Positions 52,317-64,000 of a DNA stretch of 64,000 nt are shown here, in pieces; the stretch's first letter is position 1; each line of letters begins with the position of its first letter. The notes below the pieces were generated by a model. That model made no database searches, was not told the DNA's origin, and saw only the letters and a list, made by a program, of their open reading frames with translations. The position numbers were made by a program, and so were the translations under genes. Source of the DNA: Callorhinchus milii (lineage: Eukaryota); NCBI RefSeq assembly GCF_018977255.1, contig NW_024704742.1, positions 53,570,001-53,634,000 of the forward strand, given 5' to 3'.

Positions 52317-54361
52317 GTATGGTTGGTGCTGACAGAAAGAGATAAATAATTCATCCTCAGCACTGCAAGACCTTGTTTTATGTCATATTGCTTAATGATA
52401 TGTATGATTTTTCAACATTTTGCCAAGTTAGAAAATAACACCCAGCAGGGAAATCCATCAGTGTGTCAAGAAGAGTCTGCAGAGAACATGTCCACAGAAG
52501 ATGATCATTTTCTTCATTAAATAACTCAGGGAAAGGTCTAAACATTGAACAAACATCAGGGTGCAATTCTTTTTCCCAACCCCACCCATGGTAGAAAAAG
52601 ATATTAAGACCAAGTTTACACATTGGACTGCAGTTTAGGCAATCCACATTGTGCCAACACCAATCACAAAGTAAACATTTGAAAGACAAATCAAGTCCTT
52701 GTCTTAGTGGGTTTAAACTACTTAAACAATTGCCTTACTTGTCTTGTCTTTGATATAATATTATCCCTCCCCTGATTGTCAAACAATACTTCTTTAAGTT
52801 TGGTAAGTTAAAAGGAAACTGGTGGAAGGAACTTAAAACATGAATGACAACAGTTTTCTACAGTGTGGATTTCTGCCAGATGGTGCTGTATGTAATACCT
52901 CTCAGTACTACTGGAGATTTCAGTCAGCCCAGGACATCAGCAGTATCCCTGATCATTCTGCATCTATGTTAAGATTATTTATATTAACATTGTAACAGAG
53001 TTGTGAATGGGGCAGGGTTTGGGGTGAAAAACTGTGCATAAATTAAGACACAAAGAGTGGCCATATTCTCAATGATGTCTTAGCAAGCATGTCTGAAATC
53101 ACAATTTTCATCCCATTTATGCATTTAATACTGAACATTATTCCTCTCCACTTTCAAAACTTTTTTAAAAAAACTACCTCTTTAGTATACGCCTACCTCT
53201 TTTAAATTTGTCAGGAAGCAAGTGAAAGGAGTGGTGCTCTCTGCACAGATGTGTACATGCATGAAGTGATGTGAATGGTGACCTAATAACCTGGAAGTCG
53301 GCCATTTTCTCACACCACACTTATGGACTGCTTTATAACAAGATTCCCCTGTACCCATTAAGGCTGGGATCAGAGCCACACTCTCTGAGTACCCAATCTT
53401 AATTTAACATGGTCAATAATGGTTGCTGCAAAATGATTTAAAGTATAGCTATTATACCAGTTTAATTTGATTTTGTCTAACACCCCGTTGCTATGAAATA
53501 GACTTGGTTCTAATGAGCAATGGATCAGTTATGAGCTGCAAAATCTTAATCACCTCAGAAGAAGTGCTTTGTCATATGGTTTACAAACTTCAGTGCCTGA
53601 GCACCTTTGGACAAGAGGCATTCTATAACTAATGAAATTTGTTTAATAGAAATGCCTGGATCAAGAAAATACTTCAGTCTTCGTGGGGAGTTTCCATTAC
53701 GAGACTTCTATTCCGATTGCCCGTGTTTGATAATCAACTAGCTGCTGTTGTTATTTGTTGCTGCATAAATACATTTTTGGCTAATAGGACTGATTCACAC
53801 CAATGATGAATCCACTTTATTGCTGAATTCTTTTTAACTCACTACTGGTCTTTACAGTGAAACATTGCACAGGACAATTTAGTTTAATAATCTCTGTACA
53901 ATGTTTAGACAATGATTTTTCATGTTATTTGTTGGGATCAGCCTTAAACATTTTTAATTTTAGTCTCTTTTCTTTTTAGCCGATCAGTTTTGAACTGATT
54001 TACTTGACTGATCGCTATAATTCTATTTTTCTGCATTTGTCATTTTTATGGGATTCCGTGTTAATTTTAAACTTGGAGGCAATGTTTAGACTTTTCGGTG
54101 TGAATAAGCTTTTGGTGATAAGTGAGCTTTCAAACCAAATTATTGTGTAAAATTCAGAACACACCTTGAACCTTTAATCCTATTTTAGCTTTTAAGTTTT
54201 CTCTTCATTAACACGTTTAGGGAGAAAGTGACTTAAACCAGCTAAAGATTATAGTATTTTCTCACCAAAAGACTACAATTGTGAATAATGCAATTATGGA
54301 AAATTGATTTTTTTCAGCAGATGTGCTGAAAAGTATTATTTAATATTTTGGTCAGCTGTCA

Positions 54362-54752
54362 CTCTGGCTCAGTTGGTAGCACTCTCGTCTCTGAGTCAGA
54401 AGGCTGTGGGTACAAACCAGTCGTCGGAATATTGAACTCACATAGTCTAGACTGACACTCCAGTGTAGCTGCGGTGTTGTTGGAGGTGAAATATTAATCT
54501 AAAGTCCCCTCTGCCTGTTCAGAGGGATGTTAAAGATTCCGTGGCACTACCTAAAAAGAGAAGGGAATTTTTCCCGGTGTCTTGGCCATCAATACTCCAG
54601 CTGTAAAAAAGTTTCATTCACTTCATCACTGTTTGGCTGAGGGCACTATTGTGCACAGATTGGCTGCCTACAAAAGACACTGTACATTACAATAAATCCT
54701 GCAATGTTCTCCCAATGCAAAAGCACTATTCAAATGCAAGGATTATTATCAT
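54362..54752 (+). mobile_element. Old full Deu-domain SINE (SacSINE1-like)
   Basis: tggctcagttggtagcactctcgtctctgagtcagaagg head; gatgttaaagattccgtggcact..aagagaagggaatttttcccggtgtcttggcc core; tail. Confidence 0.82.
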
Positions 54753-54964
54753 TTGTATTGCTTTGTGATAAATATTGTTTCATAATGTGTTTCAAATCTT
54801 AATACAAAATAGAAAACAAATGTTAAACACAATAAATGTGTTTCACTAGTAATTAAACTAGGCTGGTTCATAGTTTACAGCAAAGAGAGGTAAACATTTC
54901 AGGAGATTTGAATCTAACTGTAGTTAATGTGATAAACCTCCAGTAAACTGCCACCAGTGATAAA

Positions 54965-55286
54965 ATAATAATAATTCTTGCATTTGATATAGCGCTTTTC
55001 ACGTCAGGAGGACGTCCCAAAGCGCTTCACAGAACGCACTGTAAAGTGAATTGACTGTATATTTGTGGGCGAACGCGGCAGCCAATTGCGCACAGCAATG
55101 TCCCACAAACAGTCGTAGATTGAAAATGACCAATTTGTTATTGTTTTTTGTTTTGGAGGAATTATTATTAGGCTCTGTGTGGAGTAAGGAAACTTGCCCA
55201 AGGTTTCGCCCTGACCTGCCTGGAATTGAACTCAGGTCTCTCACTTGCAAAGCGAGTGCTCTAACCACTGAGCTACAGGACTCCAC
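54965..55286 (-). mobile_element. Young short-subfamily SINE, full length
   Basis: Reverse complement nearly identical to 58266-58590. Confidence 0.96.
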
Positions 55287-55664
55287 AAGTGATACAGTGT
55301 AATAAGTGATGGGTTATTACACTGTATTAAACTCATATGTGGAAATGTGGAGCATTGCCAACCCCACTAAAAGTGTAATTATGCCTATTCATGCTGTCCT
55401 GTGCCTTCCTAACAGCTCAAATCTTATCTCTTGAACTGCCAGACACTGCATCAGTAGATAAAGAGAAGTTATACTTTGTGTAGTGAACCAGAATACCATC
55501 TTGTGAACACGAATGTACCACATACATTGCAGCATGGTTCAAGCTGCTCATGTGCACTTGTGGTGTGAGGTTTGGAAGAAGCTGCATGCACCATTGTGTA
55601 TCACCAGTACAGTGTAACCTGGCTGATATAACTGAGGTGATTGCTCAAAATACACTTTGCTCAC

Positions 55665-55910
55665 AATAATAATCCTTGGTATAGCATCTTTCACATCAGG
55701 AGGACATCTCAAAATGCTTCATGGTTGAGTGGAGTATAGCGGCTATTTATTTGTAGGTGAACATGACAGCCAATTTACACACAGCAGTGTCCCACAAACA
55801 GCTATGAAGTGAACCAATTTTATTTGGGGTTTTGTTGCTAGGACACCGGGAGAAACACTCTTCTCTTTTGAATACTGCCATGGGATCTTTAACATTCACA
55901 TGAGCTGGCA
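55665..55910 (-). mobile_element. Old Deu-domain SINE 3' portion
   Basis: Reverse tail tcacatcaggaggacatctc; ggacaccgggagaa..gaatactgccatgggatctttaac. Confidence 0.75.
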
Positions 55911-58129
55911 GAAGCAGTGTTAGGTGACTACATTATATTAAACTAATATGTGGTTTAATGTCTCACCTTCACAATGCATGACAATAATTGTATCATACTA
56001 ACACCTAAGAAAATGTGTAATTTTTAATATTTTCAATAAAAAAACTAATATAGCTTTGCATATTTCAAAATTTAGTATGTTCCAATTTTTAAAAAAATTC
56101 TCCCCATTGACATATGCCTCTATGCCTCCCGTCTCCAAACTCCTGTTGCTGCGTGACGTACCAAAGGAGCCGTTTGCTCTCTGGAAACCCATAAAATTGG
56201 TCATTGCTCGTGTGAATGTCACCAGACCACTGAACTTTAAAGGGCATCCCAGTTGGCCATGGCAACTGTGTACTATCAACAAAGGGTACTGAAGAGAAAT
56301 GAGGACCAGGACTGATATTCCTCTCTCTATTTCTCTGAAGGGCAGGGCCAATTAATCCTCCCCGAGCAACCACAGCTAAGACCAGCAAATGCAGACTAAC
56401 ATTTGAACCACCAAGCCCCTGTTAGTTGCAACTCAATTCACTACATCATCAGGGTTGCCATTCTGACAAATTTAAACAAAACAGGGCACTGCTGATGACC
56501 TAACAGCCTGGCTGGTTCATTGGCAGCACATGGAAGGGCAGATGAGGCACTGGGGGCAGGGACTATTCATACTCAGCTCCTGTTAACCCTGCAAGCCAAA
56601 GCCCTAATGGGTAGGGTGGTCCTAGCTGGACAAGCAGCAGGAAAGCTTGCCAGGCAGTGCTCTCACTATCAAGCGATGCCTTGGCTCTGCTAACCTATGC
56701 CTAATGGTTTCCAGAATTAAGTAAGCAGGATGCATCCCTCCAGGGAAAGAGTGAGCATTCCATTCCAGCAAGTATCTCTGGAAATTCCATGTATAGATGG
56801 GTTGCATGTAACTCTTAGTTTGGTCCCAGCTGACTTAATAAACTGCAGTGCCTCTATGCAGTTCAGAAATGTTACTGGAAGTTTATCTGTCAGTGTTATC
56901 CCTGACAGAATTCATGGCTCAGCTTTCAGATTTTATGTCCCTAATCTTTGAACTCACTCCCATTACCCCTCTGTCTCATGCCTTCTCTATCGCTTTCAAG
57001 TACCTCTTCAAAACTACCTCTTCGGCAGTACCTATGGTCACCTTCCACATTTCCCCTACACAGTGTTGGACCCCATCAGTGTAAAGAACTCCAAGATATT
57101 ATCCTGAAGAATACTATATAGATGCAAGATTTTGTTATTTCTTTAGCACATCCATTGCATCTAACTGCAGCTTTGTTTTAGCTGTTTAGAATTGCACAGC
57201 TTTCATTAAAGTAGTGCCAATAACTCAAGCTATGCATTCACGTTTGGTTTCCAGCTCTGTATCTGTTAAGAAGATTTCTAAGGTTAATCCCAAACAGTTA
57301 TTGTCTTGCATTATTACTGAGCTGGTTTACTAAAATGAATAGAAGGTTGTTCATCAGTAAGTGTACAGTCTCCAGTAAGTTTAGTTATTGTTAACAATCA
57401 GGTTTCCACTTTACCTTAATAGGTTTACTAGATTAGTACAAATAAACTGTGTGTAGCTCATGATAAAAGTCCATGGGGTCTAATTTGTACTATTTCTTAA
57501 TGGGATTTCTCAATAGTTCCTTAATAAAAAAACCAAGTCACACTAGTTCGAACTTCTTCCAATAACTAGAAATACATTCGACAGTCCCCCAGGAACTCTG
57601 CTCCATGTAATCTACTTCCGAAGCTGAATTCCTATGGTATAATAGGAAATCTTTTCTAAATTTGGCAATGTTTATTTATGTATGGGAATATTTCCTGCAA
57701 TATATTGCTGACTTGTTCAGCTTCATGTTGGGCCATCTGGTTATACCTTCCTTCAGTATGATGTGCTGTCAAGCTACTACCAAATGTGGAATTTCTGCAT
57801 TAATGAATGAAGAAACCTCATTGAATTCTATGTCTTGCTGTTTGCCAATGTAATTGTATACTGCTGCTGACTTTTTAAAATGGGGCATAAAACGAGATTA
57901 GAAAAACTCATTTTAGTGCCTAAATAATAACACAAATCATTTAAAAACGCTGAATCTTATGGTGAATTTTAAGATGTATATTGTGAAATTATTGTTCAAT
58001 ATTATTAACACCAGAAATAAATCAAAATGCTGAATAATTTGTCACATGGGATGAACCTGAGATATAGATAATATTTTGCAAAGGTAGTGATGGTTGACTA
58101 AGCTGAAAATATTGCTAAATGCAGTTTCT

Positions 58130-58650
58130 GCTAGTGTCCTGGCCAACAACCCCCAAATATAATTAGTCATTTCTTTCATGCTGTTTGTGGGACACCGCTG
58201 TGTGCAAATGGGCTGCAGCATTCACCGACAGATAGTCACTTCATTTCACAGTAATATCCTGTGTCGTGGAGTCCTGTAGCTCAGTGGTTAGAGCACTCGC
58301 TTTGCAAGTGAGAGACCTGAGTTCAATTCCAGGCAGGGCGAAACCTTGGGCAAGTTTGCTTACTCCACACAGAGCCTAATAATAATCCCTCCAAAAAAAA
58401 AAAAAAAAACAATAATTAAATTGGTCATTTTCAATCTACGACTGTTTGTGGGACATTGCTGTGCGCAATTGGCTGCCGCGTTCGCCCACAAATATACAGT
58501 CAATTCACTTTACAGTGTGTTCTGTGAAGCGCTTTGGGACGTCCTCCCGACGTGAAAAGCGCTATATCAAATGCAAGGATTATTATTATTAAGTGTTTTG
58601 AGACATCCTTCTGACATGAGTCCTATACTAAATGTAAGGATACTTATCAG
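58130..58650 (+). mobile_element. Old Deu SINE 3' half interrupted by the young SINE
   Basis: gtgtcctggccaac...tcctgtg | insert | aagtgttttgagacatcc.. reconstitutes the ctgtgaagcgctttgagac tail. Confidence 0.75.
58266..58590 (+). mobile_element. Young short-subfamily SINE, full length
   Basis: Intact A/B boxes, CpGs retained, CTCCC tail loop, (TTA)n. Confidence 0.96.
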
Positions 58651-58913
58651 CCCAGTGTCAGCAAAGACTGTGAGTTAAAAGTCCCAAACTCCCACAATCT
58701 TCTGACTGGGAGATGAGAGCACGACAGACAGAGAAAGGGTATTAGAGGGTATGGGGAAAGAGCAGGGAATTGGGATTGGAAAATGGGCTTCTTGGAGGAG
58801 CACGTATATTAAAAAATGGGCTGAATTGCCTCCCACTGCAATGTACACTTCTAAGATTTTATGCTGCAATGGCATAAATTCATATTTACAGAAGGAATTA
58901 CAGATGTCCTGTA

Positions 58914-59245
58914 AGTCCTGTAGCTCAGTGGTTAGAGCACTCGCCTCACAAGTAAGAGACTTAGCAGGGCAAAATGTTGGGCAAATTTCCTTACTCCACA
59001 TGCCTCTGTTTACCAAGCAATGAGCAGGAACCCAGTTATTAGTTGATTGGCGGATTATTTTTCTGGAGATAATAATTCCTTCAAAAAAAGTAATAATAAT
59101 AAATTGGTAACTTCAATTCACGAGTGTTTGTGGGATACTGTTGTGCACAATTGGCTACCGCATTTCGCCAACAAAATATACAGTCAATTCACTTTACAGT
59201 ATATTCTATGAAGCGCTTTGAGGTGTCTTGAAGAAGTGATAAGAT
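58914..59245 (+). mobile_element. Long-subfamily SINE (B-box region deleted)
   Basis: Head jumps from gagagactt to agcagggc; long-form segment and body present. Confidence 0.88.
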
Positions 59246-60492
59246 AAATATAAGGAATATGTATTAATATTTTGTAAGTAACAACCAGTTTATCAATAAA
59301 TTCTTCTCCATTAGTTTGTAATTATTTTCTGCTGTACGTATATATTGACATGTATGGTTTACATATGGCACATAATTGACCTCATAGTTATTTTGATAAT
59401 AAGCAAATCAAAAAAGGATTTTATATGCATCCGCCATCTAAATCACATAAAGTGGAATCAGACATAGATTCCCTATCTTGAGAATTCTGAACATTGGTCT
59501 GCAAGTTATACCTACCTGCTCTTAAAAGGTTATTTGCAATTCGCCAACCGTTGGTAAATGTGCTGAACTCGGTAGTTTGAGCTCATTATGAGCAGATAAT
59601 CTTTCCTCCATCCCAGTGAGAGAGATTAGAGATGGGAAACTACAACTCAGCGTTTTCACTTTAAATCTTTCTAGTGATGGAAGCAATGCTGCAGCAAATT
59701 AGAAAGGACAATGTGTACTCCAACATGCTGTGTCACTGCATCATCCTATTCTAGTAAGAGTTTACATTAATAATCATAGACACTGTCTTCCAGCATCATG
59801 CACTTTTATTCTTGTCCGCAGCCAGAAGTTTTAAAAAAAGTCATTAATATAAGCTCCCTTTGAACTGAAGCATTTCCTTCAAGTTAACCTAGGGACAGGA
59901 GTGTAATCTACCAGCAGTAATGAGCAGCAAGCAAAACATGCAATATAATCACTTCTACTTTGACCACAATTATCTTCTGGCTGGGAGATAGTGTACAAAA
60001 GATTTGCGAGCAATTTAATATTGTAAATCCCAAACTCAAAAAAGTGGAAACATGCAAGGAATTCAGGTGAGTAATAATGGTCTTTGCATTTAAACATCTC
60101 CAATGAGTGAGCCCAGGGCTGCAAGAATAATCTTCCTCTTTGTTTACTGGCAGCGAAGAAGCAGGAGGCAACACATGCCACTTCATGCTTTCCTGTTCTC
60201 TAAAATTACTTTGCATGATAATAAACATTGAGCGTGAATGGTATGAAATTAAACAATTACACAATTTGTCTGAGGTATTTTTTCTCAATCCACAGAAACA
60301 ATGCATCAGTGGAAACATTTTAGCTAAATCACTGGGAACAATGGTTAATCCATCCACTAAAGAGGGGACTGCATTGGTTAAAAGGAGTGTTAAATGAAAC
60401 AATAAAATGCAATGTTAATTATTTAGTTCTGCCACTGCATTTTACATTCCCCAATTGGAGAAGAATTGTTTTCCTGTGACAATGTTTAAATC

Positions 60493-60805
60493 GGAGTCCT
60501 GTAGCTTAGTGGAAGAGCAATCACCTCGCAAGCGAGAGACTTCGGTTTGATTCCCGGCAGGGCGAAACCTTGGGCAAGTTTCCTTACTCCACATGCCTAA
60601 TAATAATCCCTCAAGAAAAGAAAACAATAATAAAATTGGTCACTTCAATCCACGACTGATACTGGGACACTGCTGTGTGCAATTGACTACTTGTGTTTCG
60701 CCCACAAATATACAGTCAATACACTTTAAGTATCTTCTGCGAAATGCTTTGTGACATCTAGAAGATGTGATAAGGCACTATATCAAATGCAAGGATTATA
60801 TTATT
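60493..60805 (+). mobile_element. Short-form SINE, older variant
   Basis: CGC-anticodon head with short-form body and TAGAA tail loop. Confidence 0.9.
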
Positions 60806-61139
60806 TATAACTTAATTTTTAATCCTATCCATTGCTATTCATTGCTCTGTGATATCAACGTCAATGAGATATTCTGCTCCTACAGGTCAGAAATGCCTTT
60901 AGAAAACAAGTTGACCATTTAATCAGGTTTATTTCTGAACAAGAAGGAAGTTACAAGGTTCCTTTCATCAGCTCCCATCTTGCCTGAAGTTTGCTTATTT
61001 TCTGTTAACCTAGCTCAGGTGACAGCACTTTTGCATCTGAAATAGAAGGTTGTGGGTTCAAATCCCACATCAGGATATTGAACTCAGATATCAAGACCTA
61101 GAGGAGCACCAAGGTCAACAGCCAGAAAAACGAGATGAT

Positions 61140-61305
61140 ATAATAATAATAATCCTTGCATTTGATATAGCGCTTTTCATGTCTTCTAGACTTCTCAAAG
61201 CGCTTCACAGAATATGCTGTAAAGTGAATTGACTGTATATTTGTGGGTGAAGCGCAGCAGCCAATTGCACACAGCAACGTCCCACAAACAGTCGTGGATT
61301 GAAAA
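61140..61305 (-). mobile_element. SINE 3' half
   Basis: (TAA)n atccttgcatttgatatagcgc...cccacaaacagtcgtggattgaaaatg. Confidence 0.9.
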
Positions 61306-62034
61306 TGTTGTGTAATGAAAGAGCGTCACAAATATATACGTATGACTGTCTTTAAATGGAGCGTCCCAAAAAATTGTGTGCACAACCTGTGTGCTGTGAA
61401 CCTGTTCACACTCCCCATGGGGTGTGGGGGGAGATAGGTACAAGTCCCACCTTGTAACTGCGCCTGCAAAGGGCAGCAGAACCCCAAGGTGGGGAGCCCT
61501 TGGTCCCTCCACCAAAGTGCAGTACGCAGAGACAAACCGACCCCCCCCCCCCACCAACACAAAAGGCCGGGTCTGTTGCATCCTGTAATGGGATAATAAC
61601 ATGTCACATTTCTTCTTTCTTTCATGAAATTTGATTATTTTGAGATAAGGGTAAACATATCTACCAATAAATATACATTTTGTTTTAAAAAGAAGTACTA
61701 CAAGCAACAACCATGAATAGTTACTCCACGTGTCCCAAGATAAGGATCTTGATCAAACTGAACATCTTCTACAGTTTTAAGTGTTAAATCTTTAACTGTT
61801 GTAACTGTTGCTTTGAATTAGCAATAAATAACATCTAGTTTACCGTACTTTGTCTCTGTTTAAATACCTTTCCTCAGGGTGTACAATTGGGTCAGGTTGA
61901 GGATTAAATATCCTTGCTACAAAACCCTTCACAACAGAGGTGAGGCGGAGAATTAGGCTGGAAAAAATCACAGAGATATGGAGGAAAGAGGGCACATAGA
62001 CATTTGTAGGTGAAAGTAAGCATCTTGTAGCTTA

Positions 62035-62410
62035 GTGGAGTTCTGTAGTTTAGTGGTTAGAGCACTCACCTCGCAAGTGAGAGTACCTGGGTTCGGTTCC
62101 TGGGCAGGGAGAAACGTTGGGCAAGTTTCCTAGCTTCACATGCCTCTGTTTACCTAGCAGTAAGTAGGTACCCGTTGTTAGTCAATTGGCGGATTGCTTT
62201 GCCAAGGGTAATAATCCATTTAAAAAACAAATAATAGTTTGGTCAGTCAATCCACAACTGTGTGTGGTGCACTGTTGTGAGCTATTGGCTGCTGACTTTC
62301 ACACACAAAATATGCGGTTAATTCACTTTACAATATATTCTGTGAAGCACTTTGAGATATCTCGAAGACGTGATGAAGCACTATATCAAATGCAAGGATT
62401 ATCATTATAT
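62035..62410 (+). mobile_element. Long-subfamily SINE, full length
   Basis: Head, CORE-like segment, body and tail. Confidence 0.92.
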
Positions 62411-62504
62411 TTCTTGAAGTCAATCTGATGTGAAATTTAGTACAGTTTGGGACGTAAGCCATAGTACCAAGTACCATAACAAAGAGAAAGAGTACACATT
62501 TAAT

Positions 62505-62905
62505 AATAATATTCTTGTATTTGATATAATGTTTTATCATGTCATTGAGACGTCTTAAAGTGCTTCAGAGGATATACTGTAAAGTGGATCGACTGTGTAC
62601 TTTGTGGGTGAAACACAGCAGACAGTTGTACCCAGTCACCAGCATTGACAAACAGCCACAGATTGAGTGATCAATTTTATATGGGGGCTTATTGGCCAGG
62701 ATACCAAGAGGAACTCCTTTCTCTTTTTGAATAGTGCAGTGGGATCTTTAATGTCCACCTGGACAGGCAGATAGGACCTTAGTTTAACTTCTCATCCAAA
62801 GGATGGGACCTCCGACAATGCAACACACTCCCAGCACTGCTTTAGAGTGGCATTTTTGACTGTGGGGCTTGAACCCATAACCTTCTGACTCAGAGTTGAG
62901 AGCCT
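62505..62905 (-). mobile_element. Old full Deu-domain SINE
   Basis: ggccaggatacc..gaatagtgc..gggatctttaatgtccacctggacaggcag..ctcatccaaagg..ccttctgactcagag. Confidence 0.82.
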
Positions 62906-63534
62906 GACATACTGAATTCAAAAAAAATGTACAGTTATCATTAGTGTGATGCATTCAAAGACCAATTTAAATTAATAATATAATTGGACACTTTTTTTAC
63001 TTTTTATTGGACATATTTTACTGAGAAGGTATTTTTAAGCATCATATACACAAAGTTCTGTTCAAACCTAACAGCATCTTTCACAAATATGAATCAGATC
63101 ATTTTGGGTAAGGCATTCAACCAAAGCCCTGTCAACCCGTTCACATGGAAAAAAGAAAGGGAGTTTCTCTGCAGTGTCCTGGCCAACAGTTGTCCAAGAT
63201 GAATTGATCATTCACTTCTTGGCTGTTTATATGATGTTGTTTGTGCAAATGGCTGTAATGTTTACCCATATGAACAGTGACTAGTCAGTAATTCCCAGAG
63301 AAATATGATTGTTAAGATATGTTTTGTTATAGAGAAACGTTGTAATGAAAAGCAATAGGTGAAAAGGGATAAAATTACATTCAGTGTAATCCTATCCAAT
63401 CTCTGCAATGAGTAACATCATATTTATGTTGCAATGAACGATGTGAAGCATGATCAGTTCCCATTAGTGCAGTTCTACAGTTACAATGAGCGTTGTTGTA
63501 ATTTTTATATCCCGAATCAAAGTGGCCAAGTTAT

Positions 63535-63911
63535 TAATAATGATAATCCTTGCATTTGATATAACACTTATCATGTCTTCAAAACATCTCAATGTGCTTC
63601 ACAGAATATACTGTAAAATGATTTAAACATATTTTTTGGACAAAACACAGCAGCCAATTGTGCATAGCAGTGTCCCACAAACAGCCATAGATTGAGTGAC
63701 CAAGTTATTTTTTTATTTATTTTTAAGGAATTATTATCCCTGGAAAAGCGATCTCCCAATTGACAAACAACCTTGTTCCTACTTACTGCGAAGGTAAACA
63801 AAGGCATGTGGAGTAAGGAAACTTGCCCAGCGTTTTGACCTGCTGGGAATCAAACCCAAGTACTCTCGCTTGCAAGGTGAGTGCTCTAACCACTAAGCTA
63901 CTGAGCTCCAC
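63535..63911 (-). mobile_element. Long-subfamily SINE, full length
   Basis: Reverse consensus from tail to ctccac. Confidence 0.92.
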
Positions 63912-64000
63912 AATGTATTAATGTGCCAACAAAGTTTGACTGGGCATCATTATATTCAGCCCAATCATGACTGTTTGTAAGACATTGATGTGTACAAATT

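Noticed and set aside
58269..58341. tRNA-Ala(TGC)-like cloverleaf here and in ~12 other places
   Set aside because: Each runs directly into a SINE body and tail with no Pol III terminator, and copies carry stem mismatches; these are SINE heads, not tRNA genes.
59908..60402. 164-aa minus-strand ORF
   Set aside because: No recognisable motif or convincing splice boundaries; treated as a chance ORF unless a homology search says otherwise.
61311..61608. GC-richer block bounded by TGT...ACA (solo-LTR candidate) and the overlapping 171-aa ORF
   Set aside because: Flanks (tgttg / tttct) are not a target-site duplication, no second copy is seen, and the ORF runs into SINE sequence.
1..64000. CRISPR array, operon or other prokaryotic system
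   Set aside because: No regularly spaced repeat-spacer array and no gene-dense coding structure; the content is vertebrate retroelement-rich non-coding DNA.

Overview
AT-rich, CpG-depleted vertebrate genomic DNA dominated by transposable elements. The repeat mix points to a cartilaginous fish, possibly a chimaera; this is an inference from Deu-domain SINEs resembling dogfish SacSINE1, L2, esterase-ORF1 CR1 and a Penelope-like element. I could not recognise any intact host protein-coding gene, true tRNA, rRNA or CRISPR, so the window reads as intron/intergenic sequence. Contents: about 15 copies of a tRNA-Ala-headed SINE joining a CORE-like segment, the 3' part of a Deu domain and an L2-type 3' stem-loop (long and short subfamilies); older full-Deu SINEs; two ~2 kb L2 copies plus fragments; a nearly full-length degenerate CR1 (34.9-39.0 kb, minus strand); an internally rearranged Penelope-like RT (20.7-22.6 kb); a Gypsy relic with gag fused in frame to integrase (11.9-12.5 kb); a foldback MITE-like family; and an unclassified three-copy repeat. 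A small CpG-rich promoter-like patch at about 16.6-16.8 kb and several exon-like segments hint at an unidentified spliced transcript; one is a 43-nt micro-exon duplicated 3.3 kb downstream. All family assignments come from motif recognition by eye, and boundaries of old repeats are approximate.
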